A stretch of 32,000 bases of DNA, from positions 64,962 to 96,961 of the forward strand of contig CAZKBG010000002.1 in NCBI GenBank assembly GCA_964551375.1. The letters are read 5' to 3'. The notes beneath the pieces were generated by a model. It ran no database searches. It saw nothing but the letters and a program-made list of their open reading frames with translations, and had not been told where the DNA came from. A program made the position numbers and the translations under genes. Below are positions 1 through 9,200 of the stretch, in pieces (within the stretch, counting starts at the first letter, position 1; the number at the start of each line of letters is the position of its first letter). The DNA comes from an uncultured archaeon. GTDB lineage: Archaea > Iainarchaeota > Iainarchaeia > Iainarchaeales > JAAZKV01.

Positions 1-3000
1 TCCCTTACATTAACAACACAATGTTCTTTGAAGCAACTGATGGAAATAACTCACTAAGCGGAGTATTAATCCAAATCAAAAACGGAAAGAACACGCTTGG
101 AAAAGTTGAAACAAGCGGAGAAGGACTTGCAACTTACGAACTTAGCGAGCCAAAACTTGACGATGAAATAACATTTATCGCAAGCAAAGAAGGATATGAC
201 AATGTTGAAGTTACAAAGAAAGTTGACGCTGCGCTACTAACAATAACTCCTCAATCAATATCTGAAACAATCAAAATAGGGGATGTTACTGGACTAACTA
301 CAACAGTAATAATGCAAAATAACACTTCAAAAAATGTGAGACTTGGAAGCGTTCAAATAAACGGGGACATGAAAACTTATATTGACGCAAAATTCATTGA
401 AACATTAGCAGGAACAATAATCGAACAGGGAAAAGACAAAAACTTCACTTTATCACTAAAATTAAACTCAAGCGCAATTAAACTAAAAGCTCCAAAAGAC
501 TTGACTGGAACTGTGGTAATAAACACTGAAATACCAGGGACAAGCGCAGGATACTTAAACGAAATACCAATCTCAATAAGACTTTCAATGCCAGGGTACA
601 TGGATGACGCAAAATGCCTCAAAGTTACTCCTGCAACAATTGACTTTATTACAAGCGATACTGAAGAAAGCAAAACAGTAGTGCTGTCAAATTTATGCAC
701 AGCAGAAGACTTCCAAATCCCGCTTCACGATATATCAGCTAAACTAAATGAAGCAATGAAAGTTGGAACAATAAGCGTAAACGGCTCTGGATTTGCGACA
801 GTAAACCTTGGCGATAAATATGTGAAAATCGCAGACAGCCTTGAAAAAGATTCTGAAACAGAACTAACAATAAGATTCTCTCCAAATTCAGCAGTATCAA
901 GCGGAAAACAAACTGTTACTGTAACAATAATGGGAAAGAATATACTTGACGACAAAACTGAAGAAAAAGTTGAAACAACCCTAAAAGTTAATTCAACAAT
1001 GAACAGCCTTTCAAAATGCATTGAAATAGTAGAGCCATCAGGCGGAATACTGCTTGATATTGCTCCATGGAACTTAGGATACAACAGAATCCAGCAGTCA
1101 AACATGTCAGCATACGCTGGCGGGTACCAAGGATTCACAAATAGAAGCGCTCCATACAATATGTCTTACATGGGCGGAATGGGGATGATGGGATACGGAA
1201 CTAACGGATACGGTTCAGCATACGGCGGATTTAACTCATACGGAATGTACCCAGGAAGCGTAGCAGGCGGCGGAATGCAAAACATGAGCTACCAGCAGAA
1301 TTCATTTATAATAAAGAACAACTGCCAGACAGATGTTGATATAGACCTTGACCCAGATTCAAGAGTTACAGTATCAACTGACAAATTCACACTATCTGCA
1401 AACAGCGACGAAACAGTTACAGTTGATCCGGGATACGTTCTTGGAAAATACAAAATAAAAATAAACGCAAAGCCAAAAGGAACAACAACTTCAATGAAAA
1501 ACCTAAAAGAAGTTTCAGTGACAATAAGAAGACTTGGGGATATGGACACTGACTGCATTAAAACAAATGTAACAACAATTAACCTAAATTCATTCTTATA
1601 CAGGCCTCAGAAATACTCTGTTTTCAATTACTGCTATGATACAGGAGCTGCATTATCAAGAAGCAATGTTGCATCAATTGAATGCTCGGCTCCGCAGAAC
1701 AACAGTCTTGGATTAAATTACTTCCAGCAGGGACAAGAATCATACTACGGCTCAAGCTACCCTCTAAATGGACAGAATGCAACTTACAACAGTTATATCC
1801 AGCCAAGCGGATGCCAGACAAACTCATGCTCATTAATTACAGGAACAAGAGTAAGACAAAGAACTACTGAACAGGGGACAACAGGAACAATAGAAAGAGT
1901 AGACTTTGATGTAATGCCAAGCTCGCAATACATACCGCAGCAGAAATTATTTGACAATAAAGTCGGAAAATACGGAGCATTCCAAAACCTTAGCGCAATA
2001 AGATCATGGGCTACTGAAACCGACGCAAGAACTAATGTTTACGGAAATTTAAATATCAGCTACACAAACCAATACGGTTCGGCTGAATGCATGGAATTCC
2101 CAATCACAATCACTGATGTTTGGAGAATGGGAGAAAGCATAGATTCGGCAATCAACTGGGGAGACCCAACAGCAAGGCCAAAAGACTGCCAAGAAGCTGA
2201 CGCGCTGAATATTACTAAATACTGGGAGAATAAAACTCCAAATAAAGACGGAGTAGTTCCTGACAGCGGAGACGGATTTAATGCACAGGATAGATATGTT
2301 TACATGGCAGAACCGCCAGCGCTAAAAATCGGACCATCGCCGACTCAAAACAGCATGAGTTACCCTTCATCTTACGGAAACAACATGTATGCATACATGA
2401 ATCCTCAATACGGAATGTACAACAACCAGCAGGGCGCTCAATACTATAGTTCAGGAAATGAATCTTATATGAGAGGACAGCCAGCAAATAACGGGAATTC
2501 TGGAAGCGCAACAAAGAACTGCGGACTTCTTGACGGAATTGATGTCAAAACTGTAATCAATCCAAAAGATGCAGGCGGAGCAAAAGTAACAGTAACTGAC
2601 AGAGGAACAGGAAGCATAATCAACAACTCAAGAGGCTCAAACTTAATGGTGGAAATTGACAGAAGCACAATGACAGTTAACTGTGTGCACTTAAACATTC
2701 CAATTACAGCAAAAGTAACAAGATCAATCAACTTTGAATCACAGGACTTGACATGGTTCCTTGATGTAAAATTCGCAAAGAAAGGAATACCTTACAACGA
2801 AGCAGAATGCATGAAGACAACAACAAGCACAGTGACAGACTGCAAAGATGCATTAAGAAGCATACTTCTAAAGAACAACACAAAACAAAACGATGCTGCA
2901 GGAATTGAAGCTGCAATTAAAGAGCTTTTAGACAAGCGACCAGAATGCAGGCAATATGTTGATGTGTCAGTTGCAAATACTATTTTAGGGCAGATTGCTC

Positions 3001-4808
3001 AAGATACAAACTTAGGAAAAGGATGCGCTTTATCTCCTGCTGAATTCGGACACACTTTAATAAAAAGCACAAAGTCAACTCCTGCTGACACAGTTGACTG
3101 CACACAATACTTCTGCAGCGGAGAAATGCTGAATTTATTCTTGTTAAAGAAATTCTCTGAGGCAAGAACCATGTTGAACAATGAATTATCCGATTTAAGG
3201 AGCCCGCTTGAAATAGAAAAGAAAAGCAAAGTCGCAAAATACGATGCTGCAAAAGATGTTATGATTTCAAGATTATACAGAAGAGCAATTGAAAGAGATA
3301 TTAATATCTGCAACAGCGGAGCAAAAGCATTCTACTCAATTGAAGGCACAAAAGCGCTTGATATTTACGGCAAATACGAATTAAGCAATTTAAAAGTTGA
3401 TTCAGCTGCAAAGAAAATAATCACTGACAAAGGCGCAGGAGCAGTTCCATTAACAAACATGGTTACATACGTTCTTGGCGCAAGCGACTTGAAGAAAGAT
3501 TACAACAGTTTGCTAATCAAAGTTCCAGTTAATCCAGATGTAAACAAAGGGCTTGAAGGAATCGGATTTGTAGTATCAGGCTCGGATTATTACTTATCAC
3601 TTGAAACATACTCTGATTTATTGACTCAGGTTGCAAAAGACCTTGATAATGCTAAAACTTGCGATAAAGCAAACACTGCCTGCAAAATTACTCTGTGCGG
3701 AAGAAATGATGTTGTTCTTGAACCAAATGTAATAAAATACATTAATGACTTTGGACAACTCGTGAAAGGGGTATACGACAGAGAAGATATGGATCAGATT
3801 GATATTGAAGCAATTTACTCAAAGAATCCAAAATTAAACAAAGTTCATGACCTTGCTAAATTTAATTCAGTTCTTTCAAATACAAAAATTGGAAGCTCAA
3901 AATTAAATTCAGGACTTGCGCCGAGCGTTCTTCTTGCAAAAACAACACTTCCTGCAAATGGGTTTGATGCAAAAGCAATCCTGAATAATTCTTTAGGAGA
4001 CCTTGGACAGTTAAAAATAGCTTATTCTGGAGAAAACAATCCTAAAATCGGAAGGTATTCGCTCGAACTTGATTATGCTTATGTTGGAACTGAAGTTTCA
4101 AAAGAAGCAAAAGCAACACTTTCTGACCATAATTCAACAATTGAGGGCGCTCCAAAAGTGCAAAATAACGCATTGCTATTATACGGACTTTCTGAAAATG
4201 ACTTATTTGTTGTAAATTCAACAGATGCAATTTTCACAAGCCCTGCAAGAAATACAATTATTGGAGAAAGAACTATTGGTTTAGCAGGACAAATGGCATT
4301 CTTTAAGAAAATACCTTTAAAAGTAAGCGCAAGATTGTATGCCGGCGAAAGCGGATTAATGTACAAACCAGTTACAGGGCAAACATCCGTTCCGTCATTG
4401 ATTAACTGGTATGCTAGTGCGCAAGCTCCAAAAGGGCCTGATTCATTAGTTCAAGCAGGCAACGAGACTTGGTATAATATTAACATAATAAAATCAAACG
4501 AAACACAAAGTATTTATGGAATCTACTATTATCCTGATGGCGGAGCGCTTTTTGTTAACCGCGGAACTGCAAAGGGCGGGGAAATTACATTGACAAAAGC
4601 AGGGTATATGTTAAACATTCCAATCAGCACTGTTCCTTTGACAATACCTGGCGCAGATTCCCAGCGCAAAGAATTGTCGGCTGTTGTTTCAGCTAACACA
4701 ATGACGCTTGACGGACTCTTGCCTGAAATTAATGAAGGAAGAGCATGCTACTCGGATGACGGAACTTTGAACTGGAATGAAAGCAAATTAATCAAAGGCG
4801 CAAACTAA
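1..4808 (+). CDS. Giant surface protein, paralog 1 (5' end cut by window edge)
   Basis: The frame is open to the window edge: codons before the first ATG at 21 (cct tac att aac aac aca) contain no stop. 1595+ aa with a TAA stop. Contains Cys-bracketed Ig-like modules (C...N-[NL]-C pattern, e.g. CLKVTPATIDF...SNLC, CIEIVEPSGG...IIKNNC) and Y/G/M/N-rich low-complexity inserts. The C-terminal part aligns by eye to the two downstream giants (VDCTQYFCSGEMLNLFLLKKFSEA vs YCDGTQFMISLTKKLSQL; terminal TLDGLLPEINEGRACYSDDGTLNWN vs TLEKVLALVKEKKVCVIGGDYYWNN). Confidence 0.9.
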   Translation, partial: PYINNTMFFEATDGNNSLSGVLIQIKNGKNTLGKVETSGEGLATYELSEPKLDDEITFIASKEGYDNVEVTKKVDAALLTITPQSISETIKIGDVTGLTTTVIMQNNTSKNVRLGSVQINGDMKTYIDAKFIETLAGTIIEQGKDKNFTLSLKLNSSAIKLKAPKDLTGTVVINTEIPGTSAGYLNEIPISIRLSMPGYMDDAKCLKVTPATIDFITSDTEESKTVVLSNLCTAEDFQIPLHDISAKLNEAMKVGTISVNGSGFATVNLGDKYVKIADSLEKDSETELTIRFSPNSAVSSGKQTVTVTIMGKNILDDKTEEKVETTLKVNSTMNSLSKCIEIVEPSGGILLDIAPWNLGYNRIQQSNMSAYAGGYQGFTNRSAPYNMSYMGGMGMMGYGTNGYGSAYGGFNSYGMYPGSVAGGGMQNMSYQQNSFIIKNNCQTDVDIDLDPDSRVTVSTDKFTLSANSDETVTVDPGYVLGKYKIKINAKPKGTTTSMKNLKEVSVTIRRLGDMDTDCIKTNVTTINLNSFLYRPQKYSVFNYCYDTGAALSRSNVASIECSAPQNNSLGLNYFQQGQESYYGSSYPLNGQNATYNSYIQPSGCQTNSCSLITGTRVRQRTTEQGTTGTIERVDFDVMPSSQYIPQQKLFDNKVGKYGAFQNLSAIRSWATETDARTNVYGNLNISYTNQYGSAECMEFPITITDVWRMGESIDSAINWGDPTARPKDCQEADALNITKYWENKTPNKDGVVPDSGDGFNAQDRYVYMAEPPALKIGPSPTQNSMSYPSSYGNNMYAYMNPQYGMYNNQQGAQYYSSGNESYMRGQPANNGNSGSATKNCGLLDGIDVKTVINPKDAGGAKVTVTDRGTGSIINNSRGSNLMVEIDRSTMTVNCVHLNIPITAKVTRSINFESQDLTWFLDVKFAKKGIPYNEAECMKTTTSTVTDCKDALRSILLKNNTKQNDAAGIEAAIKELLDKRPECRQYVDVSVANTILGQIAQDTNLGKGCALSPAEFGHTLIKSTKSTPADTVDCTQYFCSGEMLNLFLLKKFSEARTMLNNELSDLRSPLEIEKKSKVAKYDAAKDVMISRLYRRAIERDINICNSGAKAFYSIEGTKALDIYGKYELSNLKVDSAAKKIITDKGAGAVPLTNMVTYVLGASDLKKDYNSLLIKVPVNPDVNKGLEGIGFVVSGSDYYLSLETYSDLLTQVAKDLDNAKTCDKANTACKITLCGRNDVVLEPNVIKYINDFGQLVKGVYDREDMDQIDIEAIYSKNPKLNKVHDLAKFNSVLSNTKIGSSKLNSGLAPSVLLAKTTLPANGFDAKAILNNSLGDLGQLKIAYSGENNPKIGRYSLELDYAYVGTEVSKEAKATLSDHNSTIEGAPKVQNNALLLYGLSENDLFVVNSTDAIFTSPARNTIIGERTIGLAGQMAFFKKIPLKVSARLYAGESGLMYKPVTGQTSVPSLINWYASAQAPKGPDSLVQAGNETWYNINIIKSNETQSIYGIYYYPDGGALFVNRGTAKGGEITLTKAGYMLNIPISTVPLTIPGADSQRKELSAVVSANTMTLDGLLPEINEGRACYSDDGTLNWNESKLIKGAN

Positions 4809-4993
4809 ATAAAACTAAATAAAACGCGCGGAAAAACTTTTGTAATTCAAATTTTGCCTAAAACAAAAACAAAACTAATTTAAGAAACTCATTTTGTTGG
4901 ACAAATTAATTTTTGAATCCTTAAATAAACAAGTTTATTAATAAGAAAAAAGATGATGATAAGAGCAGAAAGCTTGATTATTTAGGTGAAAAA

Positions 4994-6064
4994 GTGGATA
5001 ATAGAGTGCTGACATTTGTACTAATAAGCATAATTGCATTCTTGTCAGGCTTTGCCGCTTCATACCTCTTTCCAATTCAAACTCCTTTTGTTGATGTTCC
5101 ATTCAGCGTTCTTGCAATAGGATTAATCCTTGGAGGGGCCGCTTTTTTTGGATATCTTGGCTTTATTCCAGCACTTCTTTTGGGACTCCAGCTGGGCGCG
5201 GAAAAAAACGCGGCAGTATTCATTTACATTGCGCCTGTAATACTTGCAATTTATGCGGGAACTTATATTGGAGTTTTAATAAACAAAGATTTTGAAAGAA
5301 AAGAAATATTTGCAAAAAAAGCAAAAAATATTATTGTAATAGTGGCAATCGCCCTTGTAATATCATTCGCGGTTGAAATGGCGGTGCCGTACACTGTAGA
5401 GTACTGGCCGAAGGATTATCTTGGGATGAGTGTGGGCGGAGGATATATGTCATATGATTCCGATTTGACAGGGGAAAATATTATTTTAAGGGGAGATTCA
5501 TTAACAATTCCAATTGAATTAAAACAAATAGTTGTTGGAAAGAACAATGCTTCCGTGTTTAACACTTCAACGAATGCGATTTTAAAAATAAAAGACGCTG
5601 ATGAAGGCACGCCAGTTTATGGGGCTGAAGTTACTGCCACAAGCCAGAGCGGAAATGAACATGAATTTATTGAAACTTCAAGCGGAATGTACAAAAAAGA
5701 TCAGTTCCCATTCGGAGAACAAGTAACATTAATTGTAAAATCAAAAGGATACGAAGAGTACAATAAAAAAGTTACATTTAACCGCGATATTATAAATGAA
5801 ATCTCGCTTACTCCAGAACCTGTGGGCGAGGAAGCAGAATCAAGCGTTACAATAAGGGTATTTGGAAGCGATGGAAAGACAATAAACCAGGCAAAAGTAA
5901 CTGTTTATAATAAAGAAACATCCGCAACACTCCAAATAGGATACACTCAAAACGGACAAATTACGCTTAAAGCAATGACTGGGACAAGACTGAGAATAGT
6001 TGTTGAAAAAGGAAGCACAGCCGCAGGGCTTATTGGAAAACTTGCGAGCCTTAAAAGAAGATAA
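4994..6064 (+). CDS. Polytopic membrane protein with two C-terminal carboxypeptidase-regulatory-like beta-sandwich domains
   Basis: 356-aa ORF with a GTG start, preceded by an AGGTGA Shine-Dalgarno-like motif at 4984-4989. The N-terminal ~140 aa form 4-5 hydrophobic helices. C-terminal segments (TPVYGAEVTATSQSGNEHEF...VTLIVKSKGYEEY; VTIRVFGSDGKTINQAKVTVYNKET...LRIVVEK) fit the CarboxypepD_reg-like pattern. Confidence 0.8.
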   Translation: MDNRVLTFVLISIIAFLSGFAASYLFPIQTPFVDVPFSVLAIGLILGGAAFFGYLGFIPALLLGLQLGAEKNAAVFIYIAPVILAIYAGTYIGVLINKDFERKEIFAKKAKNIIVIVAIALVISFAVEMAVPYTVEYWPKDYLGMSVGGGYMSYDSDLTGENIILRGDSLTIPIELKQIVVGKNNASVFNTSTNAILKIKDADEGTPVYGAEVTATSQSGNEHEFIETSSGMYKKDQFPFGEQVTLIVKSKGYEEYNKKVTFNRDIINEISLTPEPVGEEAESSVTIRVFGSDGKTINQAKVTVYNKETSATLQIGYTQNGQITLKAMTGTRLRIVVEKGSTAAGLIGKLASLKRR

Positions 6065-6183
6065 TTTTAAAAAAGCATGAAAATTTAGCAAATTGCCAAA
6101 AATTTTGCAAAAATTTTATTAAAATCAAAATTTTTCTCAAAAATTAAAATAAATTGAGTTTAATTGAAGCTTATAGAAAGGTA

Positions 6184-6191
6184 TTTATATA
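6184..6191 (+). promoter_or_regulatory. TATA-like box (TTTATATA) upstream of giant gene 2
   Basis: Archaeal-type TATA motif 49 nt upstream of the ATG at 6240. The giant gene 3 TATA-like box has a similar spacing. No experimental TSS. Confidence 0.35.
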
Positions 6192-6239
6192 GTTGAAACA
6201 TTAATTTTATGGTATCGAGCAAAATACGGACGCATTGAT

Positions 6240-9200
6240 ATGGGCATTGGGGAATCGCTAAAAGGAATATACTATTCTGGCGAAGAAAAGTGGTATGCTT
6301 TCTGGGATAAAGTGGACGCACACATTCCTGTTTACAAAGTAATTGACCCAATTGATTCAGTAATACCGACATTTGCGCTGTTTTTGATTATTATCTTTTT
6401 AATTTTATTATTCGCAGGATATGCGCTTCTTGGCGGAATAGCTCCTGCAACCGCGACTCTAAAACTAAGCGTTGTTGACAGCGACGGAATGGGAGTAAGC
6501 GGAGCAACAGTGACTGTTGAAGGAGTTGATGGCGAATTCTACTCAAACGACTTCGGATTAATTGAAGACTTAATTGTTCCGTTTAATTCAACGCTTGAAG
6601 TAAATGCGGAGAAAGGCGAGAGCAAAACAACAATTCCAATTACAATTGACGAATTTGAAAAAATTGCAGAAGTAGTGCTTCCAGTTGAAAGAATAAGCTT
6701 TGAGCAGAAAACAATAAGATTCCAGAGCGAAGACGGCGCACTAATCCAAAGCGAATTAAGATTACATTACACATGCTCATCAGGAGTGGCTGCTCCTGAA
6801 GATGTTACAATTTACACAGGCAGCGCGAACTTAGCACAGCCTGCAAATTGCGGAACTCTTGAAGTAGAAGTAACTTCATCAAAATACGAAAGAGCAAGAT
6901 TTTCAGTAAGCGGACCATCAGGAGTATTTACACTAAAATTACTTGCGCCGGTTGAAAAAGGACGAGCTACAGTAAACCTAAAATACGAATCAAGATTAAT
7001 CACAGAACAAGTTACAGTTCAGGCATTTAGGGCAGATAATGCATTCCTTCCAGTAAACAGCGCAACAAGCGTAAACGGACAAGTTCAATTTGAACTTCCA
7101 CTTGGGGATTACAAATTCAAATCACTAATGCAAAGCGGGTACAAGCAGAAAGAATCATCAGTAGTTTCAATCACAAAAGCAAATTCAAACCCTGTTATTG
7201 ACTTAGATTTGCAGAAAGAAATAATCGGAGTAATTGTAGTTCAGGCAAAAGAAAATGGAGCTGCCTTAAGCGGAGTTCATATGAGCCTGACAAAAAAACT
7301 TCTAACCAGACAAGAGCCTGTAATTGACAGAGACACAAACGAAGGCGGATATGTTCAATTTGAAATTGCGGAAGACGCAAATTACACAGTAACAGCTACA
7401 AAAGATAATTACTGCGAAGTATCAGTTGCAGTATCAATAGGAGACTCAAGAGTAATCTCAATGAAGCAGAATGACTCAACATGCGGATACAAACTAATTG
7501 CAAGAGTAATAGACCAGGACAATAAGCCGGTAGCTCACGCAAAAGCGGCAATATTCATTGAAACAGCAGAAGATATTTACAAAATGCCAAGAGCAGAACA
7601 AGTAACAGGATACAATGGGGACGCAAACTGGAACCCTGTAAGAAAAACAAACAGCGACGAGAAATTCAAAGTATTCGCATATAAAGCATCATACTCCGGA
7701 TGGAGTGAAGCAAGAGTATTTGACTCGCTATCCTCAAGCACTCCATTTGTTGTAAAACTTGAAATCCCGATGGGAACAGTAAAAGTAATAGCAAAAGACA
7801 GAGACGCTAATCCATTGCAGTTTGCAGAAGTTCAGTTATTTGATGAATACGACGGAACAGCAGTAAGCGGCAGAAAATTAATTGAAAACGCTGACGGCTC
7901 AATTGAATTCAACTTAAAAGCTGACAAGAGAGTTTATGCAGTAGTAAAGAAAGAAGGATACGAATCATACACTACACTTCCAACAATGATGGTTGCAGGC
8001 GGAACAATTACATTTGACGTTGAACTATTCAAGCCACCTGTTCAGGAAATCTTTGTTAGATCGCTTGGATTCTTCAAAAACGGAACACCAGTTCTAAAAG
8101 TAGAGCCAAGCCAGGAATACGACGCATTGTTTGAATTAACTGCCCCTTCAACAAAAACATACTCAGAACTTGGATTCTTTGTAAGAATGGGCGCAGATAA
8201 TATGACTAAAACTGAGCTTGATAAAATATTTATCAAAGATGTAATGGCTTCAGGAGTAAAATCAATAGTAACAGGAGCGACTTACAATAAGCCAATGGGA
8301 TACTATAACACTGACTCAAAATACACTAACCTTGAAGAAAGCAAGTGGGCAGAAATAAAATGGCCAATGAACGGATATGTTCCTGGAAAAATCATAGTAG
8401 GAGTAAAAGTAAAAATCAGGCCAACTGCGCAGGCTGAAGAAAGACTTGAACTTGGATACAGAGCATGGGGCAAAACAACAAGCGGAGTATACGAAAGAGA
8501 CTTAATTGACGACGAACTTGGAACAAGCCAGAGCTCAACAACAAAACAAGAACTTTACGCTTCAACAAAGCCAGATTACATTACAGTTGGAATGGAAACA
8601 CTATGCGATACTCCAGAAAGCGGAAAATCATTCTGTATAACAGCAACTTACACTGATCCAGACGGATTCACAAAAAGCTTCAATGACTCATTTGACACTA
8701 AGAACAATACTCCTTACAATGTTTCAATCAAAATCATGAACAACTCAACAGTTGGATTTGATGACGCAAAAATAATGGTTGAAAACCCTGAAGAAAATTT
8801 ATACATGGGCACAATGACAGCAGTAACTCCAAGATTCTCTCCAAGCGAGATAAACGTAAACGGATACGCTACTGACTGGATTGACATGCCAAGATATGTA
8901 AAGAACTCATCAATTGAAATCCAATCAATGCAATTAACTCCGCAAAAAACAGGGACAGGCACATTGCTTGTAAAAATACGCGAAGGCGCATCAATGATTT
9001 ATGAAAAAGCATTTACAGTAAATATTGCAAGCGACAAGAAATTAACAGTGCGATTCATGAAAGGCGGAGTATTTGGAGACGAAATGCCTAAATTAGTATC
9101 AGGAAAAACTGAACTACTAACAGTTAAAGCATTAAACACAGTAAGCGGATTAGAAGTACAAGACGCAGTAGTAAAATTATTCGACAGATTTGGAACAAAA

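Noticed and set aside
4953-5013. A C/D-box sRNA-like arrangement: ATGATGA at 4953-4959 and CTGA at 5010-5013, 60 nt apart.
   Set aside because: There is no terminal stem complementarity flanking the boxes and no internal C'/D' boxes. The putative D box lies inside the CDS starting at 4994.
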